DNA of 64,000 bases from NCBI GenBank assembly GCA_002633005.1, contig NMRA01000464.1, positions 124,001-188,000 of the forward strand. The letters are read 5' to 3'. The notes under the pieces were generated by a model that made no database searches, was not told the origin of the DNA, and worked only from the letters and a program-made list of their open reading frames with translations. The stretch's first letter is position 1, and every line of letters begins with the position of its first letter. Below are positions 39,109 through 52,907 of the stretch, piece after piece. The position numbers and the translations under genes were made by a program. Source of the stretch: Phoronis australis. Its lineage: Eukaryota > Animalia > Phoronida.

Positions 39109-42100
39109 ATGCACACACGCACATGCACACACAATAGCTAGGGTAAGGCGAAAGTTGTTGCTCTGTGGGTGACAATGAACACCTAATGCGAATACAGCTC
39201 GCAAACGAAAAACAGTCTCTATGTAACCGCAGCTGACAATTGACCTATCGCAAGCTCCGCCCCTATGCGAAAAGTCACGTGATACCCGACATTCGAACGA
39301 AATGTCACAGGCAAATACACTGTCGCTAAACGACGTTCCTGGTGGAATAGATGAGTGTTTTTGCACTATTTGAAAACGCTTCGACAGAGACAAGAGGCGA
39401 CGCTTTTCAACAGAGAATCGTACGTTCATGATATGGGAATTTGTAAAGGTGACGATGAAAAAATGGCTCGAGGAGCCAACGAAAATCCCCTCTGCCTCGG
39501 GGCCACCTTCACCTGACAAATGACAAGGCCACTGATACGATATGTTCATGTTAAGCTGGGTATGTACCTTAAAGTCGAATTATCTGTACGATTCCATAGA
39601 TTTCATGATCTTTGGAATAAAATCAGTGAAGATTCACCGATATTTTTATTCTGTCGTCTGCTAAATTTCGCCAAATAAAAAGTAGGTCACAACTGGTGGG
39701 ACTCCTGGAGTAAAGTAGGTCATAGATTACAGACAACACATGAACTATAGTCTCCGGCTGACTACTGAGGTCGACTCGACAGCACTGTTTACGCTTTTCT
39801 AATCTTGTAACGAAATATTTTGATCAAAAAATTCAGGTTCATAGCTCATGTACACATTCATCTCGTCCAAACAGTTTGCTCCGGCCGGGTAGGTCTAGGG
39901 TTGTCTCTAAGTCAAGTTAATGTCTGAAACTCAGTGGCGGATCTAGGATACCACAAGGGGGGTCCAACATGTTACCTCGTGGAATTGGGCAAAGTGCAAT
40001 TGTATGTACACAGGCGGCCCGAAAGTTGCAGGGGCCGGGGATGCAGACCTTTGGACCTTCTGTTCAGAAAATCTATCGGTGGACTAGAAAAAACAGGAAC
40101 ACGATTCCGCCGCGATCTGGGGTCTGAGCCCCCCTCTTCCGCTACCGGTCCTAGTTACTGAACTCAATATTTCCTCACGCTTCACGCTCTTGCTGTTTCA
40201 TTTTGCTTGCGGGGGGGCCTGCCTCCCCCCCCTCCCCTAAATCCGCCTATGGAATTGTCCGTTTGCACCATTAAGACCGTTTAAATTAGGCCTACCTTCT
40301 TACAAACTTGGCATTTTTTTTGTAGTTTCATTCTATAAAGGTACCTTTCATTTAATTTTGAAGGTAGCATGATCATTAAGTCGTGGTATGGTTACAAAAG
40401 ATTACAAGTCTGGTGTGGTAGTTGCAAAAATAGGGTATTTACAAAAATAACTCAAATTCTTTTTTAAAGCTTCATAAATCTACATATCATGTTTGAACAA
40501 CTTCAAAATGAGCTCTGTCTAACTCTACAGACATAGTGTATACTAGAGGTACACGTCAAAAAGTAATTCAACAGTTTATTTTTAGTGACAACAGCTCGAC
40601 CAAGGCTTTGAGTTACCGGCAGTAATCCCGTTGCCCTCCCTGTGCCGATGGAATCTCTGAATTTTGACCGGGAGAGAAGTTCAGTTGAACGCCAGCCTAC
40701 GGGTTTATGAATAACAAAAATGTACCTCTGTTAGGTTGAAATAAATAAAAAAATAAAATAAAAATGTCCTTGAAAACAACAATTTCTGGGGACTCTACCG
40801 CTAGAGTGCTGAGATCCAGCAGGTGTCGAGACAAAGGCGGCCAGACGTAGGAAACTCGGGAGCCTGAGATAGCCCTTCACCATAGCCACCAAGCTGAAAA
40901 GTGCGTATCTTGGAACTAATATATTTGTGTTTATTATAGCCTTCGAGTTATCAAGAAACATCGCTAAGTTCAGCTGCTCGTGTGGCCGTACAGAGCTTGA
41001 TCCATAGTTTACGCTTTTCAACATCATTTTTCGGCTTAGGACATGCCAAAAAATGACGGGATATTATTCTGGAGCAGCATAACGGCTTTCGGTGCTACAC
41101 ACACCATATCAACACCGTTTCCCCATTCTTAGCGGACAATTTCTTGAGCTATAGACCAAAGTAAGTTTTACTCGACTACGTGTGGTTTGTCGGGTATAAT
41201 GGCGGCTTGGAAACGCAGACGAAGGTGTGCCAAGAATGCTTTGTTCTGATTGGTCAATTAAGCCGTCCGTCATAATCCTGGCGATAGGTCAATTACTCCC
41301 ACCTCGCCCCAGGCTTGCAGCCACACAGGAACTAGAAGTGGCCAAGTTACCCTAGAATAAGAATAAGTTACCTTGACCTCGATAAGGTGGAGTAAGTTGT
41401 CACAAGTGGGGTAAGTTGTACTATAGTTTAAATAGTGTCCACACAATACTCACACCTACCAAGCGACAACTCATTCCAGGAGTCACTTGTTTTAGGGAAA
41501 GTTTGTGTGGACGGCATTATAGAAATGACATGGAGTAACTAATCAACCAAGGCTGGCCCTCACAACAATAAGGGCACAGATTAGTACGGTCATCATAATA
41601 ATTCCCTTGTACTATTAATTCGATGTTCATGTCTGCTGGGCAATGGCAATACATTTATAATCTCACATAATCCATATAATGTGCCAGTGTTAGTTTGTAG
41701 CCAGTAAATGCCCAGCACTGATGCAATATCTATCAGACCTATCAGGTACACGCTGAAGGCCGGAAAGAGGCGAGATAGTTACAAATGAAATGAACGATTT
41801 CTTTCATTAACACATATATTGTTCACAAAAATAATAAACAATTTCACCTAAATACACCACTTATGCATTTACTAAAATAATGATAAATGTTTCAGTTGCT
41901 TTGTAAATAGTGAGACCTACTCTCCTGTAGGCAACTTGCTTGGTTTTTGATTTATATAAAATGATGGTCTGGATCTGGCCATAAATGACCAGACAGCACT
42001 CATTAACTTGCTTCACTATCTGTGTCCGTTTTTTTCAATTCGTGTCTGTTTTTTCAATTCGGTCTGACTACAATTATCTTTAGTTTGTTGAGTGGATTTT

Positions 42101-42322
42101 AAAGAGGAAAGATCAGTGACGATTTGTGCAACACAGAAAAGCTGATATTACTATTAATTTAATGTACACATAATTACAGGATCATTAACTAAGCATCCCA
42201 AACACAAAAAGGGTCGGAGATGTGACAGAGGCATGAGCATGTAACAACAGACATGCAAACATATAATCTGTCTAACCAAGAAAAAAACACAGCAGCTCCC
42301 TCCCTTCCCCTCCCCTTAAATC

Positions 42323-42323
<1 letters not shown>

Positions 42324-42383
<60 letters not shown>
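42324..42383. repeat. (CTG)20 trinucleotide repeat
   Basis: Uninterrupted 60-bp CTG run. Confidence 0.97.
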
Positions 42384-42384
<1 letters not shown>

Positions 42385-43799
42385 CAGTGGTTAAACTACA
42401 AAGACAATGATAGATTTTCACTCTTGTTAAGTTTTAAAATCCTCATCTAAATCCTCATCCAATATAAGTAAATGCAAGATAGGAAGCTGAGAAGGCAAAT
42501 ACAAAGAGAGACACTACACGTATGATGAAACTGCAAACTGCAATTTTGAACAACAATTGTGCAAACCTGAGTTTTTGCTCTCGGAATCCAACAGATGACC
42601 GACTAAAACCACTGCATACCAAAAAGAACAAGCAGGACAGGGAAAAAGGCTAGCACTTAATACAAGACTGTATATCCGACAAGAGCAAAAATCAATACCT
42701 TCATACCACGATGGTTCCTCTGCGTGTGCACTCTCAAGGTAACATGACATCATAAGTTGGTCACCATGGCAACAGGAGCTAGCATGCCCTGTGCAAACAC
42801 AGCAGGGAGTCAAAACGCAAATGATGGGTGAACTTGATGTCGCAACAGAACAGGAACGTCTTTCAAAAAAGTGACGACTAAAAAGTTTCAATTTCACAAA
42901 CACAAAAATCTTCCAAAAAGACATGAATCCATCACATAAACAGTGCCAAATTCCATGCCAACAGGTGTCAATCCACACATGTAGAAAACACGAATAACAA
43001 AATTTCAAACTAATTCAATAATAATTTTCTAAAGAATTACAAGTGGACAAGTTCTTAAAAATCACAACCAGGTTATTTGAAGTTAATCCATGAAGTAATG
43101 CGGTGCCAAAAATACTAAATTTAAAAATGTATGCAAAAAGTAAACATTGTGTGAAACATTTGATTACCAACTGCTAACAAGAAAACACTGACCTAGAAAA
43201 AGTTATCCGACCTCAGATTCCCCCCCACACACACATAACACATTTAGCAACTACGAGATAACATTTGATAGCATCAACAACACTTATCTGACCAGGAAAC
43301 CTAAGTGAACACTATGATAACCGCAGATAAATTTTAAATGAACACATCCTAGTCTTTAGGCTTTCCCATAAAAACCCAGATATTCATGTGGAAGTGAGAA
43401 TGCTTGAATCCCCTCCTTGACTAATGGCATTACAACTTCACAGTGAACAAGTGGAATTTAACTGCTGAGTGTGGACATGTTAATACAGTGGGATGGCTTA
43501 ACTTTTTGTCATTGAATTTATTGCAGTCAACAATGGCACATGCTGTACAGAAAATTTGCAAAATATTTATTTTAGTAGAATGGAAAATATTTTCAACAAA
43601 TGTCCATTATTCTCCATATCTGACTCCACTCTTCATATTTGAAAATTAGGCAACATACTTACAGTAAAACTTAGGGGTTTAAAATCGCAATGCCAATTCG
43701 CTATAACTTAGATGACCATGCCACCATGAAGAAATAACTTTGGTGTTGGTTAATTTCGCCCTTTATGCCAACACACCTCTAGCAGCAGATTTGACTCAG

Positions 43800-44185
43800 T
43801 GGGAAAGGCAGGAAGGAAAGAAAAATGGAGGGGAGAGGGTCAGACAGACAGGTAAGGAGGGGAGGGGAGTTCGGTATGAAAAGAAGGGAAGGTGGGGGAC
43901 AGAGGGAAGAAAGATAAAAAAGGGAAGGATGGTGGGAGGTAGAAGAAAAGAGGGCAGACTGAGACAGAGGGGAGCAACAGCAGAGTGGACTAGGCGAGGG
44001 ACCGAGGGGAGGGATGGAGAAGAAGTGATAGGGGGAGCATAAATGACAAAGGACTGTGAGAAATGAGATGAGGAGACAGAGAGGAATAAGGTAAAGGATA
44101 GAAGAATGGAGGAACAAGAAAAAAAGAAGTACGAAGGGGATGGAAGATAACGAGGACGAGGCAATCGACAGAAAGGGAGGAAGAC
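43800..44185. repeat. Purine-rich (GA) low-complexity tract
   Basis: About 385 bp of mostly G and A on the + strand. It generates the spurious ORFs at 43740-44192. Confidence 0.85.
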
Positions 44186-44309
44186 TGATCACTATTTATG
44201 AGCGAAGCAGTTCAGGGTCACATGTAAAGTTCTAGTAGTTTCAGCCTGATTTGATTCTTAGCTTGCTCGCTGTACAACAAAAGTTCAATGATAGGCAGCT
44301 TCTGGTTAC

Positions 44310-44521
44310 CAGTGGCGGATCTAGGAAGTACCATTAGATGGCCCAACGTTTTTCATTTTGTGGTATCTGCACCCACACACTCGCACAAGCACACACACAC
44401 AAAAGTATCCACCCACGATTAGCACAACATAATGAATGCCCAATTTTATTTCCGTGTCATTATCACAAGTTTTTCAACAGCCAAGGGAAGTGGCCCCTAG
44501 GACCCCCGAAATCCGCTTCTG
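44310..44521. mobile_element. Small MITE with CAGTGGCGGAT terminus and 6-bp flanking duplication
   Basis: CAGTGGCGGATCT ... AAATCCGCTTCTG, with GGTTAC at 44304-44309 and 44522-44527. The same 5' terminus CAGTGGCGGATCTAGGA occurs at 39932. Confidence 0.6.
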
Positions 44522-45315
44522 GGTTACTGAATGAGAACTTAGATTTGAAAAACAGTTAAACAAACAAAGTGTTAATGAGAAAATCGTTTCAACAAGAAAT
44601 GTGCACTCTATTTGTGGAGGTGCACTCTGGAGATGCAAGAAAGTTGCTAACAAGTTAGATCATGCAAGACCAAGCAAAATCCCGGGAGTGAAAGGTGAGT
44701 ACTTCACGAGTAAGCTCAGGATCTTACTTGCCAGGAAAATGGCAGCCACAGAACTCATTCATTGGGAGATTACAATGTTGAATTTCCCTATCTAGAAATC
44801 TGTTTCCATTCCATGAGGGAAGATTTCGCACCAAAACTGCTTCGCATTAGTGTCTCTAGTATATGAAAAGTTGTCTTGAGTAGGACACACTATGAAATTC
44901 AAGTGTCTGTCTACAAAAGTACATCTGCTCTGACAACAAATACAACAGTGCACTCTTTCCCAGTTCTACAGAGAGTGGAAAGACCTTGTAACCATCGACC
45001 TTAGACAACAGATTCACAACACTGATATTCTCCAGTGAACTTTCCAGTGGAGGCACCACTTTGTTCTGATGCTCATCTCAACTTCCGGTCAGTGAGCAGA
45101 CGACGTACTTGCAAAAAGTAAAACGTGTCATTACACCAGAGTCGCTACTGAATAGTAATATAACGGCCAACAATGTCAGTCATTTCTTCAGCTCAAGATC
45201 ACAGATTTTGTGCATTGAGAATATAGAGAGTTGGTAGTCCATGTACTACTGGTATAATAGTTTGTGACTTGCATTCTAATTCAGTGAACAAATTCATTAG
45301 GAAAATAGAATTCAT

Positions 45316-45752
45316 AGTGAAAAACGGTTCTTGTTTTAAAGCCTTTGACAAGAAATTAGTCAAAATTACCTCAGATTATTTCATTTGAAAGAGCATAAAA
45401 AGGTGTTGAGTCAGAAGCTAACAAGAGATGAAAGAAATGCCTTCATGTCACAACTTTAATAAGTCAGCTGTCAACAAGAATAATCATGTGGATGTCTGGC
45501 CAAAGCAGCCCTGCTCGACAGGGAAGCAGTGGACCACGGAGAAAAATTGGGAAATCAATATGAATCAAGCGGAAGCCTTACGCTATGATTAAAGATGAGG
45601 GTGGTCTTTGTTCAGTATACAATGCATTGTTTTCCACGCCACCTAGCCGGAAACATAATACCACTGAGGAAGATGTCAGCCAAAGAAATCAAAATAATCT
45701 GAGGCAATTTTTATCAATTTCTGTGAAAGGTTGACAAGAACCATGCTTCACT
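45316..45752. repeat. Decayed inverted repeat, ~65-bp arms
   Basis: GGTTCTTG...AAAATTACCTCAGATTATTT versus AAATAATCTGAGGCAATTTT...CAAGAACC. Confidence 0.6.
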
Positions 45753-48569
45753 GACTACTGATTTAAAACAGAATGCAGTAATATTTGGATAATCCGACTG
45801 GTTGAAAAACTACATTCAAACATTCTGATAGGCTGATGTAGAAAATGCATAAGTGTACTGCCCCATCTATTGGCGATTGTCTGGCATAAGTTGAGATTTC
45901 CCACCACTTGACTTAAAAAGTTTGCTTTAAACTATCATTAAGTAATAAGAATGTTTCATGTATTAACTGCATTTCTTGAAAAGGTGCACATAGCCTTGGA
46001 ATCCATCTTTGGCATCTGTACAAATGATTATGATTTTCTCCACAGATTTCATGTTTATCACCTAATCACCAAGGAGGAAACTAAATTGCAGCTTCTGCTT
46101 GGAGAATGGTGTCCTAATCAATGGTAGACGTAGAGTCAGAGCCTAACAATGTCACATGACCGGGCCATCATCTCTATGAATTTCTTGAGGTGTGCATCCA
46201 ACTAAAAACCTGATTGTTATTAGTTATCTGAGTATACAACTGGTTCCATTTTTCCACCTTAGTGCAATGTTTTCCCAGAGCAACTATGACTGTAAATCAT
46301 AACCTAACCTATGGAGAAGTGAACCTATGCTCAGATAAAAATTTCAGACTCATTTGCAACAACTAGAACTGGGTCATGGGAAATCTAATGGATGCCCCAA
46401 ATAAATCTGTGATACAATGTTAAAGTTTATTTTTAAGTGGATTCATGAAGTTATCTTTATGAAAATGTGAAAGTTCAAAATGTGTGTATTATTTAAATCC
46501 ATTTGTGTAAACTAATGACATAGATCGTATTTATTCACCAGCTTGTCTACTGAGTGGTTGGACAAGACAAGAACTGGCTTCAAATCTGGTGTCAACAGGT
46601 GGAACGAGATTACAATTATGAGCTTATGCAAACTCTGTCACTCCGATTAATAATAATATTCATCTGACACTCATGAATATGAGCAGGTGTGCATTCCGTT
46701 CATCATTTTATTTTCCAAAAAGACATCAAAACCATATAAAATCACAAGAGTGAGAAGAAATTGTTTCACGAGTAAGCTTGGCACCTTCATTCCATAAACT
46801 ATCAAAATGGTCGGCGAGACCGGAATATTTACTAGTAATTATGACAGAAATTTAAGTTTCCATTCCATAAGCAATGATTACTTGCCAGGAGAGTCTCGCT
46901 TGGTCGGATACAGTGTTCAAAACTTAAACATTTCACTGGCTCAGCAAGCTGATGGGTTTATGCCATTTGCAGGAAATTTCATAATTTCAGACTGAATATT
47001 TAATCCTCTATCTAATCTGGCATAAGATCAGATTAATAAATTACCAAAAGAAATCTTTGCATCAACATTCATTGCTTTCAAACAAAATAGCAAAACAACA
47101 GCCGAAACAAACTGAAGTATATGAAGAAAAAACTGCATATTCAATGCACTTCTGACACAAATAATGCGATTCCATGCTTAACCTACATTAGGTACTACAC
47201 CATAATTACAAGTAGCGTGTCACTAGTTTCTGAACACCTTTCAATCTGGATTAAAGTATGACTGTGCATTAGCTAAAGATTAATCTGTGTCAGAGCACAG
47301 CTTCACATCATCTATCAGTCTTCGGTTTACACCTGCATGGACACTATCAGGAGGCCCCCACACTGACATCCTGGGCTAATTAATCGTGTCAGGTAATCAA
47401 GCGATGACTCACATGATCACCATGTCCGCAGGTCTCCACCCTGACAACCACATGATATTACGTAGCATGCAATTTAAATCTATATCTAGGTCAATATTGC
47501 GCATCCGGGGTGCCGAAGCAAAGAGCCATTGATTTTTCCCGATGAGATACGAAAAACAAAACATCGCATCACAATACAGTTCTATCTAGGTGACTGCACA
47601 CACACATGGATGATTGCAAATTAGGTTGATATCCCTCAAGGCCAAACAGTGGTTAGTTGGAATCAGCTCCCACAGAAAAGCCACCACTCGACTCAGCAAC
47701 ACAGTCTTACTGCCAAGTTTAAGTTAGAGTCTTAAAAAAACAATTGATTCTTTGTCTAGTTTCTGCATTGCCAAAGGTCCACGTTGATTCACAAAACCTG
47801 TTCACTTGAAGCTGGGCTTGGGTGATTTGATGATATTACACTTCCAAAAGGCTTACAGATATCAGCAAATGACTGCTCTTGGCTACAAAACATCAAGTGG
47901 ACTTGATGGTTGCAACTTGGGAGATGAAATGAAAAAAGGCAATTATTCTTTTTACCTGTAAAGACAAAGACAACTCGAATGTTGTAATTCGTGGACTTCC
48001 CATAGGTAGCAGTTTCAGACAAGAGTGAACTGCCCTTAAACTAGAATCCAGCAATTTGTGTTTATGTGTGCATGTGTGAGGGGGAAGGGAGGTGTGGGAG
48101 GTTTTTGAAAAGCAAGGGCAAAGGTCCACTGGTCAAAAACTATACCCCTCTCTATCCCCGGGACCTTTCCATTTGCTGTCTATGGCTCTAACCTGGTTTT
48201 ACCTGTTGTTTTAGGGTTCTTGACATTGAAGAAACTAAATCGGTTTATCACTGCATGAAAAGGCAAGATATAAATTTTCTTGTCATCAATAAATGCCTTC
48301 CTGTTACTACTATTAATATTTATAAAGAAAAAATTCTTAAAACTAGAACTGGCTTTTTGCAAAATTATGATTTGCAGATTTAAATCTTGAAAGAAATATT
48401 AGATGGCACTGGCTATGGAATACAGGGAATGATAGTATTTATCGCAAAATGGTTTGGGTTTGAGCTCAGGTTTCAGTACATACATACAACGCCAACCAAC
48501 TGGATTTTCAAGATTTTCTTCTTGGTATGCCAATTTTCTTTTGTATTCAGTGTAACCAACAAAATAAGT

Positions 48570-49901
48570 ACTAAAACAAGAGCAATGCAGAGTGTTGAAA
48601 TGCGCCCCAAAAGTGCACCGCAAACAGTGAAAGAGGGTTAAATTTGACTATTTGTTTCATAAAAATGACCACTAGATGGCGCAAAAAATGTCCAATCCAT
48701 CTGAAAACAGCAACATGGCATTGCTTCTTTAATAGCAAGCTATTTACCAATTTTAAATTTCACAAACATCTGCCAAGGAACTTCAGAGAAACAAAGGAAA
48801 ACAGAAACAATGAAATTCCCAGTAAGGGGCACAGCCTTCATTGGATCCGCCTGAAAGACATCGTCATTTGTTTTTAGCTTCATATAAATACAATTATTAA
48901 ATTGAATAAAGATCCTGCAGTGGGTTTAGGACTAGGAGATGCAGCTATGGGTGCAAAACAAAACAAAAATACCACTAAGAGATGCCACAGTAGTCGAAGT
49001 CGTCATTATCAACCATCCTCTTCACACTGAAAACATGTACGCCAATTTTCAAAATCATCCTTAGAATGGTTTGGTTGATTGAGGTGTGGACGGCAAAAAA
49101 CAGACTCGAAAACAGCAAAAAAGGCCACTAGGTGGCGCAAAGTACCTCGATTCCATCCGAAAATAAGAGGATAGTATCATCTCACCAATAGATGCCTATA
49201 TTCCAAATTTTCTAAAAATCCGTTGAGGGCCTTTGAAGATAGAGGTAAACGTGAAAAACTAAAACTGCCACTAGGGGCACACCGGCAGTCAGATTTGTCT
49301 GAAATTCGCCGTCGTCCATTGTCAAAATCATATAAATACACTGTCTTGCTAAACTTAGTAAAGATCCTGTAAACGGTTTAGGAGATACCACCATGAGCAC
49401 AAAAGAAAAATGCTACTAGGAGGCGCCACAGTACTCGAAGTCGTCGGAAAATCATTGGTAGCCATCCCCTTCATGGTACGAACATACATGCCAATTTTCA
49501 CAATCATTCTTAGAGCAGTTTGGTTGACAGAGGGTGGAAGCCAAAAAAAACAGACTCTAAAATAGTAAAAATGGCCACCAGGTGGCGCAAACTATGTCGA
49601 ATCCATCTGAAAACGAGAGGATAGTGTCATCTCACTAATAGATGCCTATATGCAAAATTTTATGAAAATACGTGGAGGACTTTTGAAGATACAGAGGTAA
49701 ACTTAAAAAAATAAAATTGCCACTAGAGGACACACCGGTACTCTGATCCGTCCGAAAGTTTGCTCATGCCGTCTCATCTACGAATGGAACATATGGGCAA
49801 AATTTCATGAACATACGTCAAAGCGTTTAGGAGATAGAGCAGCAGACGCTGTATGGAGATGACGGCATAATGCATCCACATATAAATATGTGAGCGCATA
49901 A
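48570..49901 (+). mobile_element. Same tandem-repeat-carrying element, copy 2
   Basis: Motifs at 48669, 48819, 48972, 49125, 49268, 49413, 49575 and 49720 (trimer period 450-456 bp). Same 3' end GCAGACGCTGTAT..GATGACGGCA plus hairpin CACATAT-AA-ATATGTG. Starts near AAACAAGAG. Confidence 0.7.
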
Positions 49902-50180
49902 CCAGGAGTACATCTCCTAAAAGAGGGAATTCTCCTGGGAGAAAAAAATCCCCTGGCCATCATCACGAGAATTTCCCCTAATTGGAAATGAATTACACAA
50001 TGTGTAGCAAGAAAAAAATGACTGTCAAGGAAATTCAAGTTTGACAAAAAGAATGGAATATAATTAATTACTCTGACGGACCACAGAAATTAAAAGTTTT
50101 GTCACAAATCGCTTTGACAGACTGCGCATTTCTCATTTTTACTAAAGGCAATAACATGGCAGTACTACTAATCAACAACC

Positions 50181-50340
50181 GCAGTGTATGACATACAATG
50201 TCCTGTGCAGTGTATCAAATACAATGTACTGTGCAGTGTATGACATGCAATATACTGTGCAGTGTATGAAATACAATGTACTGTGCAGTGTATAACATAC
50301 AATGTACATTGCAGTGTATGACATAAAATGTACTGTGCAG
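50181..50340. repeat. 26-bp minisatellite, ~6 copies
   Basis: Unit GCAGTGTATGACATACAATGTACTGT. Confidence 0.9.
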
Positions 50341-51282
50341 TTTTTTTTAATGACCACTGCATCTGAAATTCACCTGTTTTGCCAAATCAATTTTTCTAGG
50401 GTAACAAAAATTACTTCAAACATGCAAGACTAAATTCTCATAATCAGCAGATTTATCCTTCCTCAAGCCAATGAAATTCTCCTGATTCTGCAGAATGTTC
50501 CATATTTGAGACCCAGCTTGTGCAGTTACCTATCACTTTTTCACTGTTTCTTGATTTCAACACCGGGTATGCACCACCACACAGGGGTGACAGAACTACC
50601 TACCAGACTCTAAAATATAGCCAGAGTTCAATTTAGGCCAAGAAGCAGAAAGGCAGTCTTTTTAGAGCATTTTTATGTCACTTTAGGGTCTCCCAACCCA
50701 ATGACATTACGTCCAATTCCCCTGGACTGTTAAAATCAAGAAATTTCCAACATCACCATCTGATCTAGAATCACGTTCGACTAAACTTGACAAAAGGGTC
50801 TATTTTGTTGGTACACACTGCTGTGATTGTAAGTGAGTCAGAGCTACAGTCCCACATCCAGACTTGAAAGTTAAGTCTTATTTCTCTGAAAGTGAACCGT
50901 TTTACTCCGCTCTAAATTTTTTATGATACTGTTTCATAAAAAACACATCCACTTCACGACAGTTGTTGAACTTCATTTGAAAATAGTATTTTTTAAATAT
51001 CAGTTAACAGCAGGCACGTTGTTTGCAAAATAATAGCTGGATTATGTGAGCTATAAGTATGAACGCACACAATGAGAAAGCTGGTTATGTAAACATTGGT
51101 TTGCCAAATTTCTCCCCTTGCTATCACTGTCAAACTTATGACAACACGGCTACAACTAGTGTTCCCGATCAGCGAAATTGGACAGCTTCAGCATGGGAAA
51201 TTCATAACTGGCATCACTCATGAACGAAAAATAGGAAAAGAGCATGGCTTTTACTTATTCGAGTAGTACTCCTCCACCCATC

Positions 51283-51854
51283 TAGACAGTGACCACCGTC
51301 TCTACTGGCACCGCCAGCCGCCACGAGAAATGGTGGAGCTCCCAATAGGCGCTTCATACGTCAGAAGCTTTTTGGCGAATTATTCCTTGCACTGACTTAA
51401 AACATCATAGAGCATCACCTTAGGAGGCCGTCGATGTATTTAATTACTTACAACTCAAACAAATCCCCCTGTTATCAAACTTTTTCTTTGAGCAGTCCCT
51501 CGTTCAGTTCTCAAAATCGGTAACTCACCATTTTGAACACTGCGCGCACCAGGGGATATGTCATACCACCTGGCGTGCGCAGTATTAAAAATGGTGAATT
51601 ACTCATTTTGGGAACTGAATGAAGGACCGCATGAAGAAAAAATTTGATAACGGTAGTATTTGTACGAGTTCGAAGGAATTACATACATCAAAGGCCTCCC
51701 AAGGTGTCCCTTTGTGAGCAAAAGGTATTTATAACAATGTGACTTTGATATTTTAGTCAGTGCAAGGCATAATTCGCTGAAAAGCTTCCGGTATATGAAG
51801 CGCCTATAGGAGCTCCACCATCCTACGTGCCAGTAGAACGGCGGTCACTGTCTA
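51283..51854. mobile_element. Older, almost fully palindromic relative of the 33811-34739 MITE
   Basis: TAGACAGTGACC...GGTCACTGTCTA termini. Arms share ATAGGCGCT, GAAGCTTTT.GGCGAATTA and TTATCAAACTTTTTCTT with the 33.8-kb element. Flanks CCACCCATC/GCACACACC match 6/9. Confidence 0.85.
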
Positions 51855-52492
51855 GCACACACCAAGCCAGAGATTTTCATGCACACTTGATTTGGCAACT
51901 CTTAAGTTCACTGATTCTGATGGGTTAAGGAAATGTGATTGCCAGTTTACAATACTGGCTATATTCAGCATCCACAGGCGATGTATTAACCACTCAGCAG
52001 TGGAAGAACACCTAAGAGTGGGGTATCACCTATTGCCAGATTTTAAAGTACAGCTTGGAGCCTCTAACAAAATAGGGGAATCTAATCCCCACAGAGAATT
52101 CAAAAGTTGATGACCAAATGATGTGATATGACACCAGGTGCTCCCCCCACTCAGCACGATGGAGCGGAGTGTTGACTGTTGAGTGTTGACTTGTGAATTA
52201 CCGGTTCGACGGAAGCCCATGTTCGACACCCGCCGGACATGCACAGAATTTTGGTCCGATTTGCATTGATTTCATGTTTCTGGCAGTGATTCAAATTTTG
52301 GCTGACAGGATTTAAATCAAATCGGTCTACAGTAAATAACTGTTCTTGTCTGTCCGCCCGGCACCTTGTCAAGCCTTTTGTCAAGGCTCTTGCTCGATTG
52401 ATTATTTCAAAAATCCAAGACACGCGAATGTGTTTTAGACTCGGAATCATGATTCGTTAAGTGCAAAACCAACTCCTTTAGAACAGACTCAC

Positions 52493-52811
52493 CTTGAAAC
52501 CATTTCATAACAAACTGTCAGTTTTTGACGTTTGGAAATAACCGTCAAAACAATGGTGTTTTCATTGGTTTGCAGCCAGTGGGAAACATTGCCTCCCCCG
52601 CAAAATGCGCCACTAGAAATGACGTCATCAGACACCCACAATCTTAAGTGTAGTTTCGTATTCGATTACTATATTTCAAGTTTAATCAGAACATGTGAGC
52701 GAGTTAGGTTTGCAACGCAGAGTTCATATTAGAGCTTGTCAACTTTAGAGTGATTAGCATTGACGTACAAGAAACGTTCTGAGTTCGTTGGAAGGTTGCG
52801 TCCGGGTGAAG
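52493..52811. promoter_or_regulatory. Putative bidirectional promoter with flanking first-exon donors
   Basis: Full CRE TGACGTCA at 52620-52627, ATTGG (reverse CCAAT) at 52564-52568, and CpG enrichment. Minus-strand donor CAAG|GTGAGT at 52493/52492 and plus-strand donor GAAG|GTAATC at 52811/52812 point away from each other. Confidence 0.5.
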
Positions 52812-52907
52812 GTAATCTGAGGTGAACCGTGAAAGTTTGTCTTGCGACATCTATCGACAGTTGGTGGCTAACTGCATCCGCTGGCGCTGTGCACAGCCAG
52901 GCATAGG

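Noticed and set aside
39025-39549. 174-aa minus-strand ORF
   Set aside because: Runs across a MITE boundary (39108) and shows no recognisable motif.
42253-42450. Poly-cysteine protein
   Set aside because: Translation of the (CTG)20 microsatellite.
42514-43008. 164-aa Cys-rich ORF
   Set aside because: Non-ATG start, no recognisable domain or splice context. The Cys/Phe/Val bias follows from TG-rich composition.
43740-44192. Overlapping ORFs on both strands
   Set aside because: Purine-rich low-complexity tract that lacks stop codons by composition.
44856-45110. Minus-strand ORF downstream of an ETS-like CCGGAAGT motif as an exon
   Set aside because: No convincing donor or acceptor pair and no recognisable protein similarity.
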